In this document: piece by piece, positions 1 through 10,692 of the stretch
How the letters are laid out: the number at the start of each line of letters is the position of its first letter
Position numbering within the stretch: position 1 is the first letter of the stretch
Source of the DNA: Bacilli bacterium
GTDB lineage: Bacteria; Bacillota_I; Bacilli_A; ML615J-28; CAG-313
Assembly: GCA_017463365.1 (NCBI GenBank)
Contig: JAFTPH010000031.1
Location: 9,072 to 73,071 of the forward strand
DNA: 64,000 nt
Direction of reading: 5' to 3'
The notes under the pieces: generated by a model
Databases searched by the model: none
Told to the model about the DNA's origin: nothing
The model's input: the letters and a program-made list of their open reading frames with translations, nothing else
Program-made: the position numbers and the translations under genes

Positions 1-680
1 TTTAAAAATATCATTTGACACAAATAGTTTGAAAATAAAAATAAAAATTACAACATAGTTTTAATTTAAAAGTAAAGTGGTTGTATACTTAAAAGAATAA
101 AAGAAGAAAACTTTATACCAATTTTTATGTTATTAAATATATAAATAAATATTTATGTAAATAAAATATGGTTAAGAATAAAATAATATATATTTATGTA
201 TGTAAATAAATAAAACAATACAAAGGAATAAAAACGCAAATAATTAAATAAATAAAGGAATTTATATTTTTTTATTATTTTATGTAAATATGTATAATAA
301 TACAAAAATATTTATTCTTTTAAATATATTAATAATAGTTTTAATTTAAAAATAAATAAAAAACTTGCAAAAAAACAAAAAAGTGTTATTTTGATGTTTT
401 AAAATATGATGAAAAATTATAAAAAAGCGGTTTTTTAAGTAATTATATATATAATATAAGGAATATACATAAATACATAAAAAATTCGGACAAAAATTTG
501 AAAAAACACAAAAATGTCAATTTTTTGAGAGGAAATAATCGCAAAACAATAAAATTATAAAAAACTCTAATTTTTGGTTGATTTTTAGGCTTTTTTTGGT
601 CATTTAAAAAAATGAGTTAATTGGTGGTAAAAAAGGGGGTTTTATGGTATAATAAAGAAGTAATGGTAAGGTGATTAATT

Positions 681-890
681 ATGGTAGTAAAAATTAGTAC
701 AGGATTTATAAAATTAAATCAGTTTTTGAAGCTGGCTGGTATAATTGTTAATGGTGGAGAAGCTAAAGAATTGATCCAAGATGGGCTTGTTTTTGTTAAT
801 GATGTGCAAGAATTTGCTCGTGGAAAGAAGCTTTTTCCTGGTGATAAGGTTAAATTTGATGGAATTGAGTATATTGTGGAGAGCGAATAA
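681..890 (+). CDS. yaaA: S4-domain RNA-binding protein YaaA
   Basis: 69-aa ORF directly upstream of and abutting recF, the conserved yaaA-recF-gyrB order. S4-like sequence (KLNQFLKLAGI..GGEAKELI..G.V.VN). Confidence 0.8.
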   Translation: MVVKISTGFIKLNQFLKLAGIIVNGGEAKELIQDGLVFVNDVQEFARGKKLFPGDKVKFDGIEYIVESE

Positions 891-1969
891 TGTTAATTAA
901 GAAATTACAATTGGTTAATTTTCGTTGTTATTCGGAAAAAACAATAGAATTTGACCCTTCTTTAACTATTATCCATGGAAACAATGCTTCTGGAAAAACT
1001 ACTATTCTTGAGGCAATTCATGTCTTAGGATTGGTTAAATCTTACCGAGCTTCAAGCGATTTTGATTTAATTAAAATAAATGAACTTTCTTACTCTGTAA
1101 AAGGACTAATTTCGAAGCAAAATCGCGAAGATGTTGTGATGGTTTTAAATTCAAATAAAATTAAGAAGGTAAAAAGGAACAATGAAGTGTACAAAACACT
1201 CACTGATTACATCGGTTATATGAGTGTTGTTTACTATGATCCTACTGATTTTTCTATCTTCCAAGGGAGTCCTTCATTAAGAAGAAGATTCTTTGATATT
1301 TTGTATTGTCAAATAACAAAACATTACCTTGCTGCAACTACTGAATATAAAAGATTATTAAAAGAAAGAAACATTTTATTAAAAGAATTAAGTGTTAAAA
1401 ATGACAAACAAACTAAAAATGTCTTAGATGTTGTTACAAAACAACTTGTTATGTATGGGAAAAAGATTATTTCTATGCGTGAAAGAATAACAAAAGAGCT
1501 AGAATCGATTACTTTTGAGAAACATAAGGCCCTTTCTGGTGGAAAAGAACGTTTTGCTTTAAGATATAGACCTAATGTTACAATAGAAGAATATGAAAAT
1601 AAGATATTTAATAACCTAAATGAGGACTTAATAAGGGGTACAACGCTTGTTGGGCCTCATAGAGATGACTATATTTTTATTATTAATAATAAAAATATAG
1701 GCGATTATGGTTCTCAAGGGCAACAAAAAAGTGCTATTTTAAGTGTTAAATTAGCAAGTGTTGAGTTAATAAATGAAGTTACAAAGCATTATCCGATCGT
1801 ATTATTGGATGATGTGTTTAGTGAACTTGATAAATCAAGACAAAATCAATTAATTAAAATGTTAAATAGAAAAGCACAAACAATTATAACTACTGCAACC
1901 ATTTCTGATGTTGAAGAATCAGTTCTTAGGTTAGCAAGGGTTATAGAATTAGAGGAAAGAGGTGAGTAA
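890..1969 (+). CDS. recF: DNA replication/repair protein RecF
   Basis: N-terminal Walker [17 protein letters not shown]-like signature GSQGQQKS and Walker [12 protein letters not shown]. Sits before gyrB. Confidence 0.95.
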   Translation: MLIKKLQLVNFRCYSEKTIEFDPSLTIIHGNNASGKTTILEAIHVLGLVKSYRASSDFDLIKINELSYSVKGLISKQNREDVVMVLNSNKIKKVKRNNEVYKTLTDYIGYMSVVYYDPTDFSIFQGSPSLRRRFFDILYCQITKHYLAATTEYKRLLKERNILLKELSVKNDKQTKNVLDVVTKQLVMYGKKIISMRERITKELESITFEKHKALSGGKERFALRYRPNVTIEEYENKIFNNLNEDLIRGTTLVGPHRDDYIFIINNKNIGDYGSQGQQKSAILSVKLASVELINEVTKHYPIVLLDDVFSELDKSRQNQLIKMLNRKAQTIITTATISDVEESVLRLARVIELEERGE

Positions 1970-3890
1970 ATTGAGTGAAGAAATTCGTGATAACAATTCT
2001 TATGAAGCCAGTAGTATTCAGGTTTTAGAAGGATTAGAAGCCGTAAGAAAAAGACCAGGGATGTATATTGGTTCAACTGGGCCAAGAGGATTACACCATT
2101 TAGTTTGGGAGATTGTTGATAACTCAATTGATGAAGCTTTAGCAGGTTATTGTACAGAGATAAATGTGGAAATCTATGGGGATAACTTAATAAAAGTTGT
2201 GGATAACGGTCGTGGTATGCCAACTGACATTCACCCTAAGACTGGAGTATCTGCTACAGAAACAATTTTTACAGTATTACATGCTGGTGGTAAGTTTGAT
2301 AGTAGCAGTTATAAAGTATCTGGGGGGCTACATGGTGTTGGTGCATCAGTAGTTAACGCGTTAAGTGAAAGTTTAGAAGTTTATGTTAATCGTGCAGGTA
2401 AAAAACATTATCAAAAATTCTCAAGAGGTAAGACTGTTGCTCCGCTTGAGGTGATTGGTGATGCTGAAAATACTGGTACAACCGTTATTTTTAAAGCGGA
2501 TGCTGAAATATTTAAAGAAACAACAAGTTATGATTATGAAGTTTTACGTCATAGAATTCAACAATTAGCCTTTTTAAATAAAGGGTTAAAGCTAAATATT
2601 AAAGATAGTAGGGATCCAGAACATATTAAAGAGGCTAAATATTGTTATGAAGGTGGTATTAAAGAGTATGTTCAATTCTTAAATAAAGGTAAAGCGCCTT
2701 TGCATCAAGATGTAATTTATTTAGAAGAATCTGTTGAAGGAACAATTATTGAACTTGCTTTCCAATATACAGAAGATTATTCTTCTAGTATCTATTCTTT
2801 TGTTAATAACATTTATACTCAAGAAGGTGGTACTCATGAAGAAGGTTTTAGAACAAGTTTAACTAGAATATTAAACAATTATGCCAAAACAATGGCATCT
2901 AATAAAAAAGAAGAAAGTTTATCTGGTGATGACGTTCGTGAAGGTTTAACTGCAATTGTTTCTTGTAAAGTTTCTGAACCACAATTTGAAGGACAAACAA
3001 AAACAAAACTTGGGAATACTGAAGTTAGAAGATATGTGTCACAAGCTATGACAGATAAGTTTGATGCATATTTAAAAGAAAATCCAAATGTTGCCAAAAT
3101 AATTATTGAAAAAGCATTACTTGCGTTACATGCTCGTATTGCCGCAAAGAAAGCACGTGAGGCAACAAGAAGAAAAAGCCCACTTGATTCTTTAGGTTTT
3201 GCATCTAAACTTGCTGACTGTCGTTCTAAAGATCCGTCTAAAACAGAAATGTATATAGTCGAAGGGGATTCGGCTGGAGGTTCTGCAAAACAAGGACGTG
3301 ATAGTGTATATCAAGCTATCTTACCTTTAAGAGGTAAAGTATTAAATGTTGAAAAAGCTAGAGTTGATAGAATTTTAGGAAACCGTGAAATTATATCAAT
3401 TATTCAAGCTATTGGAACAGGTATTCAAGATGACTTTGATATAACTCAAGCAAGATATCATAAAATTGTTATTATGACCGACGCCGATGTCGATGGAGCA
3501 CATATTAGAACATTATTATTAACCTTTTTCTACCGTTTTATGAAACCTTTAATTGAGGCGGGGTATGTTTATATAGCTCAACCTCCATTATTCAAAATTT
3601 CGCAAAATAAACGGGTAGAATACGTTTATAGTGATGAAGAATTAAAAGAAAAACTTGCACATTTCTCAGGAAGACCTAATATTCAAAGATATAAAGGGTT
3701 AGGGGAAATGAATGCAGAACAGTTATGGGATACAACAATGGACCCTAAATATCGTACTTTATTAAAAGTAACAATGTCTGATGCGATTGAAGCAGATAGA
3801 ATCTTTAGTACTTTAATGGGAGACGATGTTGAACCGCGTAGAGAATTTATTGAAGAAAATGCGGTATATGTTCAAAATCTTGATGTATAG
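1962..3890 (+). CDS. gyrB: DNA gyrase subunit B
   Basis: Canonical GyrB motifs: [69 protein letters not shown]. The start may be GTG 1962 or TTG 1971. Confidence 0.97.
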   Translation: MSKLSEEIRDNNSYEASSIQVLEGLEAVRKRPGMYIGSTGPRGLHHLVWEIVDNSIDEALAGYCTEINVEIYGDNLIKVVDNGRGMPTDIHPKTGVSATETIFTVLHAGGKFDSSSYKVSGGLHGVGASVVNALSESLEVYVNRAGKKHYQKFSRGKTVAPLEVIGDAENTGTTVIFKADAEIFKETTSYDYEVLRHRIQQLAFLNKGLKLNIKDSRDPEHIKEAKYCYEGGIKEYVQFLNKGKAPLHQDVIYLEESVEGTIIELAFQYTEDYSSSIYSFVNNIYTQEGGTHEEGFRTSLTRILNNYAKTMASNKKEESLSGDDVREGLTAIVSCKVSEPQFEGQTKTKLGNTEVRRYVSQAMTDKFDAYLKENPNVAKIIIEKALLALHARIAAKKAREATRRKSPLDSLGFASKLADCRSKDPSKTEMYIVEGDSAGGSAKQGRDSVYQAILPLRGKVLNVEKARVDRILGNREIISIIQAIGTGIQDDFDITQARYHKIVIMTDADVDGAHIRTLLLTFFYRFMKPLIEAGYVYIAQPPLFKISQNKRVEYVYSDEELKEKLAHFSGRPNIQRYKGLGEMNAEQLWDTTMDPKYRTLLKVTMSDAIEADRIFSTLMGDDVEPRREFIEENAVYVQNLDV

Positions 3891-3901
3891 GAGGTGTTCT
3901 T

Positions 3902-6541
3902 GTGAGTGAAAAAGAATTAGAACAACTAGAAGAAGAAAATTTAGAACAAGAAGACTCTGATGATGAAGATGTAGAAGTGGGAGAAGTTGAAAGATTAGAT
4001 ACCGCTAACCCTGATGTTATTGATGTAGATTTAAATAACGAAATGAAAAACTCGTTCTTAAGTTATGCCATGAGTGTTATTGTTGCTCGTGCATTACCAG
4101 ATGTAAGAGACGGGATGAAACCAGTACATCGTCGTATTTTATATGCGATGGATCAAATTGGGGTATATCATGACCGTCCACACAAGAAATCTGCCCGTAT
4201 TGTTGGGGACGTTATTGGGAAATACCATCCACACGGTGATACAGCAGTATATGAAGCAATGGTACGTATGGCTCAAGACTTTAGTTATCGATATCCTTTA
4301 GTTGATGGACACGGTAACTTTGGGTCTGTTGATGGAGACCCTGCAGCCGCAATGCGTTATACTGAGGCTAGAATGAGCAAGTTAGCATTTGAAATGCTAC
4401 GAGAACTTGACAAAAACACTGTTGATTTCCAAGACAACTATGATGGAAGTGAACGTGAACCAGCTATTTTACCCGCAAGATACCCTAACCTTTTAGTAAA
4501 TGGGGCTACAGGTATTGCGGTTGGGATGGCAACAAATATTCCAACACATAACTTAATTGAGGTAATTGATGGGGTTTTAGCTTTAATTGATAACCCAGAT
4601 ATCTCAATTGATGGCTTAATGGAATATATTCCAGCTCCAGACTTTCCAACTGGTGGGATCATTATGGGAGGTCAACAAGTAAGAAAAGCCTACCATACTG
4701 GTACAGGAACAATTATTATTCGTTCAAAAGTAAAAACAGAAACATTAAAAAATGGTAAACAAGAAATTATTATTACAGAAATCCCATATCAAGTTAACAA
4801 ATCTAAATTAATTGAAAAGATTGCTGAACTTGCTAAAGAGAAAGTAATTGATGGGGTAACGGATTTACGTGATGAATCATCTCGTAAAGGTATGAAAATT
4901 GTTATTGAGTTAAGACGTGATGCTAATGTTAATGTAATTTTAAATAACTTATACAAATTATCACAATTACAAATAACTTATGGTATCAATATGATTGCCT
5001 TAGATAAGGGTCAACCAAAAGTTCTAAACTTAAAACAAATTTTAGAATGTTACTTAGAACACCAAGTTGAAGTAATTACAAGAAGAACAGAATATGATTT
5101 AGCTAAAGCCAAAGCAAGACTTCACATTGTTGAAGGGTTATTAATTGCTCTTGCTAATATTGATGAAGTAGTTAGAGTTATTAAATCTAGCGAAACAACA
5201 GAAATTGCGATTAAAGCGTTAGTAGAAAACTTTATATTATCTGAAATTCAAGCAAAAGCTATTTTAGATATGCGTCTTCAAACATTAACAGGATTACAAG
5301 TTAATAAATTAGAAGATGAAAAAGTTAAATTAATTGAATTAGTTGCTGATTTAGAAGATATTCTTGCTCGTCATGAACGTAAAATGCAAATTATTGTTAC
5401 AGAACTTAAAGAAATTCAAAGAAAATATGGCGATAAACGTCAAAGTGAACTTGATTTCTCAAGCGATTTAGATGTAAATGACGAAGATTTAATTCCAGTA
5501 GAAGATGTAATTGTAACAATTACTAATAAAGGTTACATTAAACGTATGAGAGTTGATGGATACAAAGCTCAAAAACGTGGAGGTAAAGGAATTACTGGAA
5601 CAAAAATGCAAGGTGATGATTTTGTGGAAAGAGTAATTTACACATCATCTCATGATAACTTATTGTTCTTTACAAATCTTGGTAAAGTATATACACTTAA
5701 GGCTTATCAAATTCCTGCAGCATCAAGAATTTCTAAGGGATTACCACTTGTTAACATTTTACCGTTTGAAGAAGGAGAACGTCTAGCTACAGTTATCAAC
5801 ATTCAATCGGTTGAACAAGGCGGATATTTAGTATTTGCGACAAAATTCGGTGGAATTAAGAAAACTGAATTAATCCAATATAAAAACATTCGTTCTACAG
5901 GTATTCGTGCAATTGTCTTAAACGAAGGAGACGAAGTAATTGAAGCAGCCTTAACAGATGGTGAAAAAGACATTATCTTAGGTTCATCAAATGGTAAAGC
6001 GGTAAGATTTAATGAAAGTTTAGTTCGTTCAACAAAACGTGCAGCATCTGGTGTTAAAGGAATAAAGGTTGCTGAAGGTGAAAAAGCAATTGGTATGTGC
6101 GTAGTTAATTCTGAAGAAGATGAAATCATTATCTTAACATCAAATGGATATGGTAAACGCACATCAGTTGAAGAATTTAAAGTTAAAGGACGTAATGGTA
6201 AAGGGGTTAAATTTATGAATTTAACTGAAAAGAACGGTATACCAGTATGTCTAAAAACTGTAACAGGTGAAGAAGACTTAATGATTATTACAGATAAAGG
6301 TATGATTATTAGAACTCATCTAGATCAAATTTCAACAATTGGTCGTGATACACAAGGTGTAAGAATTATATCTTTAAATGAAGGTCATAGTGTTGCTTCT
6401 ATTGCGATTGTACCTAGAAGTGATGATGAAGATGTTGAAAATTCATTTGAAGATGACGATGAAGGTTATTTAGATAATAAACAACCTGAAATGAGTGAGT
6501 TTTCAGACGAAGAACAATCATTAGCTGAAGATGAAGAATAA
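3902..6541 (+). CDS. gyrA: DNA gyrase subunit A
   Basis: GTG start after AGGAGG. Motifs [19 protein letters not shown] and the catalytic-Tyr region [10 protein letters not shown]. Acidic C-terminal tail. Confidence 0.97.
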   Translation: MSEKELEQLEEENLEQEDSDDEDVEVGEVERLDTANPDVIDVDLNNEMKNSFLSYAMSVIVARALPDVRDGMKPVHRRILYAMDQIGVYHDRPHKKSARIVGDVIGKYHPHGDTAVYEAMVRMAQDFSYRYPLVDGHGNFGSVDGDPAAAMRYTEARMSKLAFEMLRELDKNTVDFQDNYDGSEREPAILPARYPNLLVNGATGIAVGMATNIPTHNLIEVIDGVLALIDNPDISIDGLMEYIPAPDFPTGGIIMGGQQVRKAYHTGTGTIIIRSKVKTETLKNGKQEIIITEIPYQVNKSKLIEKIAELAKEKVIDGVTDLRDESSRKGMKIVIELRRDANVNVILNNLYKLSQLQITYGINMIALDKGQPKVLNLKQILECYLEHQVEVITRRTEYDLAKAKARLHIVEGLLIALANIDEVVRVIKSSETTEIAIKALVENFILSEIQAKAILDMRLQTLTGLQVNKLEDEKVKLIELVADLEDILARHERKMQIIVTELKEIQRKYGDKRQSELDFSSDLDVNDEDLIPVEDVIVTITNKGYIKRMRVDGYKAQKRGGKGITGTKMQGDDFVERVIYTSSHDNLLFFTNLGKVYTLKAYQIPAASRISKGLPLVNILPFEEGERLATVINIQSVEQGGYLVFATKFGGIKKTELIQYKNIRSTGIRAIVLNEGDEVIEAALTDGEKDIILGSSNGKAVRFNESLVRSTKRAASGVKGIKVAEGEKAIGMCVVNSEEDEIIILTSNGYGKRTSVEEFKVKGRNGKGVKFMNLTEKNGIPVCLKTVTGEEDLMIITDKGMIIRTHLDQISTIGRDTQGVRIISLNEGHSVASIAIVPRSDDEDVENSFEDDDEGYLDNKQPEMSEFSDEEQSLAEDEE

Positions 6542-6550
6542 TAGAAAATA

Positions 6551-6580
6551 TGGTAGGCATTTATTGGCCTACCATTTTTG
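6551..6580 (+). terminator. Rho-independent terminator after gyrA
   Basis: Stem TGGTAGGC / GCCTACCA followed by a T-run. Confidence 0.7.
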
Positions 6581-6608
6581 TTTAAAAAGCAAAAAAAATT
6601 ATAAATTC

Positions 6609-6637
6609 TTGACATTCAGTTAATAATAGATTATAAT
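6609..6637 (+). promoter_or_regulatory. Sigma-A-type promoter for the serS leader
   Basis: TTGACA (6609-6614), 17-nt spacer, TATAAT (6632-6637). Confidence 0.6.
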
Positions 6638-6644
6638 TATCTAG

Positions 6645-6866
6645 TAAAAACCAGTGATAAGGACTAGTAACTATTGAGTTTGGTTTAGAGAATGAGTGGT
6701 TGGTGAAAACTCACGCATACGATATAGTGAATCTACCTTTGAGGTGACATTGAAAAATGCTCCGGTTATAGGCCGTAATCTATTAAAAGTGAGAGGTAAC
6801 TCTAATAAGGGTGGTACCGCGGACAAGAAATGTTCGTCCCTGTTGTTTTTCAACGGGGATTTTTAT
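6645..6866 (+). promoter_or_regulatory. T-box riboswitch leader (serS, probable Ser specifier)
   Basis: Conserved T-box sequence AATAAGGGTGGTACCGCGG at 6804-6822. Terminator stem TCCCTGTTG / CAACGGGGA plus T-run at 6837-6866. AGAGA motif in stem I. Candidate UCU specifier at 6732-6734. Lies immediately upstream of serS. Confidence 0.85.
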
Positions 6867-6906
6867 ATTTTTGTTGAGTATTTTTTGAAAAAAGGAGAGA
6901 AAAATA

Positions 6907-8184
6907 ATGTTAGATATTAAATTTGTTAGACAAAATCCTGATCTTGTAAAAGAAAACATTAAGAAAAAGTTTCAAGATGCAAAACTTCCGCTTGTTGATG
7001 AAGCAATTGAACTAGATGTTAAAATTCGTGATGTTAAACAAGAAGGTGATACTCTTCGAGCAAGACGTAATGCTGCAAGTGGAGAAATTGGAAAATTAAT
7101 GCGTGAAAAACGTGTTGATGAAGCAATGGCTATTAAACAAGAAGTTGTAGAAATTAACGAAAAGTTAGTTTCTTTAGAAAAAGATGAAACTGAGCTTTCT
7201 GCAAGACTTAAGAAAATTATGATGACTATTCCAAATATCATTGATCCAAGTGTTCCAATTGGTAAAGATGATAGCGAAAATGTTGAAGTTAAGAGATATT
7301 TAGAACCACGCGTTCCTGAATTTGAAGTTCCATATCATTTAGATATCATTGAAAAAGTAAATGGTATTGACTTAGATGGTGCTAGAAAAGTATCAGGAAA
7401 TGGTTTCTACTATTTAATGGGTAATATCGCAAGACTACATTCTGCTGTTTTATCATACGCAAGAGACTTTATGATTAATAAAGGGTTTACTTATTGTATT
7501 CCTCCATATATGATTAGAAGTGATGTTGTAACTGGTGTTATGAGTTTTGCGGAAATGGACGCAATGATGTATAAAATCGAAGGTGAAGATTTATACTTAA
7601 TTGGTACTAGTGAACACTCAATGATTGGTAAATTTATTGATACATTAAACGATAAAGCTAAATTACCATATACATTAACAAGTTATTCGCCTTGTTTTAG
7701 AAAAGAAAAAGGGGCTCACGGAATTGAAGAAAGAGGAATTTACCGTATTCATCAATTCGAAAAACAAGAAATGATTGTTGTTTGTGAACCAGAAGATTCA
7801 TTTGATTGGTTTGAAAAACTTTACCAATATACAGTTGAATTATTTGTAAGTATGGAAATCCCTGTTAGAACACTTGAATGTTGTAGTGGAGATTTAGCAG
7901 ACCTTAAAGTTAAGAGTATTGACGTTGAAGCATGGAGTCCACGACAAAAGAAATATTTTGAAGTTGGAAGTTGCTCTAATTTAGGAGATGCACAAGCAAG
8001 AAGACTTGGAATTAGAATTAAAGGTGAAAATGGAAATTATTTTGCCCATACATTAAACAACACTGTTGTTGCTCCACCAAGAATGTTAATTGCTTTACTT
8101 GAAAACCACTTACAAGAAGATGGCTCTATTAAAGTTCCTGAAGTTTTAAGACCATATATGGGAGGACTTGATTACATTAGATAA
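6907..8184 (+). CDS. serS: Serine--tRNA ligase
   Basis: N-terminal coiled-coil arm (MLDIKFVRQNPD...) and class II core motifs (FRKEKGAHG, GSCSNLGDAQARRL). Confidence 0.97.
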   Translation: MLDIKFVRQNPDLVKENIKKKFQDAKLPLVDEAIELDVKIRDVKQEGDTLRARRNAASGEIGKLMREKRVDEAMAIKQEVVEINEKLVSLEKDETELSARLKKIMMTIPNIIDPSVPIGKDDSENVEVKRYLEPRVPEFEVPYHLDIIEKVNGIDLDGARKVSGNGFYYLMGNIARLHSAVLSYARDFMINKGFTYCIPPYMIRSDVVTGVMSFAEMDAMMYKIEGEDLYLIGTSEHSMIGKFIDTLNDKAKLPYTLTSYSPCFRKEKGAHGIEERGIYRIHQFEKQEMIVVCEPEDSFDWFEKLYQYTVELFVSMEIPVRTLECCSGDLADLKVKSIDVEAWSPRQKKYFEVGSCSNLGDAQARRLGIRIKGENGNYFAHTLNNTVVAPPRMLIALLENHLQEDGSIKVPEVLRPYMGGLDYIR

Positions 8185-8190
8185 TAAAAA

Positions 8191-8226
8191 TAGAAGTTCC
8201 AAACTTTTTGGAGCTTCTACTTTGTT
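8191..8226. terminator. Bidirectional terminator between serS and the HIT gene
   Basis: Stem TAGAAGTTCCA / TGGAGCTTCTA with T-runs on both sides, between convergent genes. Confidence 0.6.
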
Positions 8227-8243
8227 TTTAAAAAAATATAATT

Positions 8244-8642
8244 TTATTCAGTAATTTGTTTATGTAATTTTGATAATTCTTCGAAATTAGCGTCGTGTGG
8301 TGCTTCGTGGAAATAACATTCATCGTTACCATATCTTGGAATAATATGAATGTGATAGTGATTTACCACTTGACCAGCATCTTTTCCGTTATTGTTTAAT
8401 AGATTTGCCGCATCAAAGCCTAATTTTTCTTTTAAAAGATTAGCGGTTTTAGTAACACTAACAAAAAGTTCTTTAGCTGTTTCTTCATCTAAATCAAAAA
8501 TGTTTTCTACATGTCGTTTAGGAATTACTAAAGTATGACCTTTAGTATTTTGAGAAATATCTAAAAAAGCTAAAGTGTTTTTAGTTTCATAAATTTTATA
8601 ACTAGGAATTTCACCATTTACAATTTTACAAAATACGCACAT
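8244..8642 (-). CDS. HIT-family (histidine triad) nucleotide hydrolase
   Basis: MCVFCKIVNGEIP N-terminus and the histidine triad HYHIHIIPR. Confidence 0.9.
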   Translation of the reverse strand: MCVFCKIVNGEIPSYKIYETKNTLAFLDISQNTKGHTLVIPKRHVENIFDLDEETAKELFVSVTKTANLLKEKLGFDAANLLNNNGKDAGQVVNHYHIHIIPRYGNDECYFHEAPHDANFEELSKLHKQITE

Positions 8643-8705
8643 ATATATGACCTCCGTTTTGTTTAATTATAACAAATAAGTTAAACAAATAAAAGAAAAA
8701 AGATA

Positions 8706-9257
8706 ATGAAAGGAATATATAAAGTGAATAAAAATAAGTTTAATAAATTAATAGTTTTATCGATTCTTGTTGCTTTAGCAAGTATTCTTTCTTACTTTGA
8801 TACATATATTTGTTCTTTAATTCCAATGGGAATTTTAAGATATAAACTTGGTCTTGCAAATATTGTTATAATGGTAATATTATATAATTATGATTTTAAA
8901 AGCGCGATTTTTTCAGTTGTGGTAAAATCTATAATAGTTGGTTTGTTTTTTGGTGCAACAGGTTTAATAACCTTCATATTAAGTTTAAGTGGTTCAATGC
9001 TTAGTTTAATAGGTATGTATTGTTTTAAGAAATTGCTTCCAAAATCTAATTTTACGCCCATTATAGGCCTAATAGGAGGTTTTTTACATCCAGTTGGACA
9101 AATTATAGGGGCAATATTAATATACGGATTTAAGGACTTTTTTGCCTCTAGTATGATTACAGCACCAATTATGCTAATATTAGGAATAATTACAGGAATA
9201 ATTGTTGGATATACAACTAAATTAATAAATAAAAGATTAGAAAATAAATTTAACTAA
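8706..9257 (+). CDS. Gx transporter family membrane protein (heptaprenyl diphosphate synthase component I-like)
   Basis: Polytopic membrane protein with the KLGLANIV motif typical of that family. Confidence 0.6.
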   Translation: MKGIYKVNKNKFNKLIVLSILVALASILSYFDTYICSLIPMGILRYKLGLANIVIMVILYNYDFKSAIFSVVVKSIIVGLFFGATGLITFILSLSGSMLSLIGMYCFKKLLPKSNFTPIIGLIGGFLHPVGQIIGAILIYGFKDFFASSMITAPIMLILGIITGIIVGYTTKLINKRLENKFN

Positions 9258-9603
9258 ATGGATATTCATAATCTATTTCTTCATCAAAAGCAACATATGA
9301 TAAATAGATTGTAAGTAACAAATAATAAACATTTGTTTGAGTATCCCGTAAAACAATATGATCTTTTCCGGCTTCTAATAACTCACCTTTAAAGATTTTT
9401 GATCCCCACTGGCTACCTTCAAAATTCATATATACGGTTGCAATTTTACCTCTGTTAAGACGCAAAATGTTTTCGATATAAGATTGCTCTGTATACAAAT
9501 AAGGATTTTGACCACTAGGGGGATGTGGAGGAGTAAATTGTTGAGGAAAAGACTCTCTAACTGGAGGCACAAAACCATAAGGAAATTGATAATTAACTGT
9601 CAT
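9250..9603 (-). CDS. gerQ: Spore coat protein GerQ
   Basis: P/Q-rich N-terminus, then IENILRLNRGK..Y..FE......F.G.L.EAG.DHI.L.D......YLL...YL.YV.FDEE. Directly downstream of cwlJ on the same strand, as in Bacillus. Confidence 0.75.
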   Translation of the reverse strand: MTVNYQFPYGFVPPVRESFPQQFTPPHPPSGQNPYLYTEQSYIENILRLNRGKIATVYMNFEGSQWGSKIFKGELLEAGKDHIVLRDTQTNVYYLLLTIYLSYVAFDEEIDYEYPFS

Positions 9604-9681
9604 TTTTAAATCTTTAAAATAGGAAATATTTATTGAGCAAATACACCTATTTTAAGTCTCCTTTCTTATTAAAATTTAAAA

Positions 9682-10101
9682 TTATCTATAGCAATTTTCG
9701 CCCTCTACTGGGGCATAAAAACAATGGGATTTGTATTTTCCACTATTCCATTGTCCCCACCATTGGGCACTACAATCGCCGTCGGTGCTATAGAACCATA
9801 AAGCGTTTGTGGCGGGACTGTGACGCTCACCATTCAAACTTCTTTTAGCAAGCCTAATATCGACTTCTCGTGCGGCTTGATAAAAATAAGAATGAAGAGT
9901 TGCTTCAAAGCCTCCTGGACGTTGGAAAACCATTTGTTGAACAGATGTAATGTCTCTAAAATCTAAACAATTAGCGAGTACGCGATTTACACCGACATTA
10001 CCAACCATCAGCATGCCTAGTTCGCCATCGCCCTCAGCTTCTGCTCGCATTAAACGCGCTAAAAGTTTTAATTCTTGATCGTTATATTTTACGACTGCCA
10101 T
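9682..10101 (-). CDS. cwlJ: Spore cortex-lytic enzyme CwlJ (SleB/CwlJ hydrolase domain)
   Basis: LLARLMRAEAEGDGELGMLMVGNVGVNRV and FYAP motifs of the CwlJ/SleB catalytic domain. Confidence 0.85.
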   Translation of the reverse strand: MAVVKYNDQELKLLARLMRAEAEGDGELGMLMVGNVGVNRVLANCLDFRDITSVQQMVFQRPGGFEATLHSYFYQAAREVDIRLAKRSLNGERHSPATNALWFYSTDGDCSAQWWGQWNSGKYKSHCFYAPVEGENCYR

Positions 10102-10181
10102 ATTTCACCTTACCTTGTTTGGTAAATAATATGAAAGATTTAAATAAAATATAACTAATATATAAAAATTAGGAGGAAACT

Positions 10182-10673
10182 ATGAATTGTAATGGAGAAT
10201 GTGCAACATGTAAATCCACATGTGGAACAACTTGTCCAAAATGTGGAGCCCCTGGTAAACTTGTACCATCAATTACAGTTACAAGCTTGAGTAAAGCAAA
10301 AATTGATTTAGATGAAAACCACTATTTATGTTTAAGACCAAATTGTGATGTTATATATTTTACAGAAAACGGCAAAATGATTGAAAAACAAGATGTAAAT
10401 GTCCCAGTTTGGTTTAAATCTAAATATGAGGAATATATTGTGTGTTACTGTCGTGATATATATTTAAAAGATATTGTTTCGGCAGTATTCAGTCTTAAAG
10501 GGTGTGAAAACAAAAAAGAAATTTTACACTTTTTAGGCAAAGAAGATGGCGCAGGGAAATGCATCATTAAAAATCCAACCGGTGCACCTTGTGATGAATT
10601 ATTTGCGAACGCCATCAGTTACGCAAACAACGCATATAAAAAAATGAAAGAACAACTTGAAAAACAAAATTAA
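10182..10673 (+). CDS. Cys-rich metal-binding protein (zinc-ribbon-like N-terminus plus BFD/CopZ-N-like CxC motif)
   Basis: CNGECATCKSTCGTTCPKCG cluster, then VCYCRD and GKC...APC. Family assignment is tentative. Confidence 0.45.
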   Translation: MNCNGECATCKSTCGTTCPKCGAPGKLVPSITVTSLSKAKIDLDENHYLCLRPNCDVIYFTENGKMIEKQDVNVPVWFKSKYEEYIVCYCRDIYLKDIVSAVFSLKGCENKKEILHFLGKEDGAGKCIIKNPTGAPCDELFANAISYANNAYKKMKEQLEKQN

Positions 10674-10692
10674 GAAAGAAGAGGTAAGAAAA

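Noticed and set aside
1-680. oriC call for the AT-rich region
   Set aside because: No recognisable DnaA boxes were found by eye, and dnaA/dnaN are not in the window. Only AT-richness and short repeats support it.
6671-6920. ORFs 6671-6853 (-) and 6696-6920 (+)
   Set aside because: They lie entirely within the serS T-box leader, which has a conserved T-box sequence and terminator. They have no SD and are not credible coding regions.
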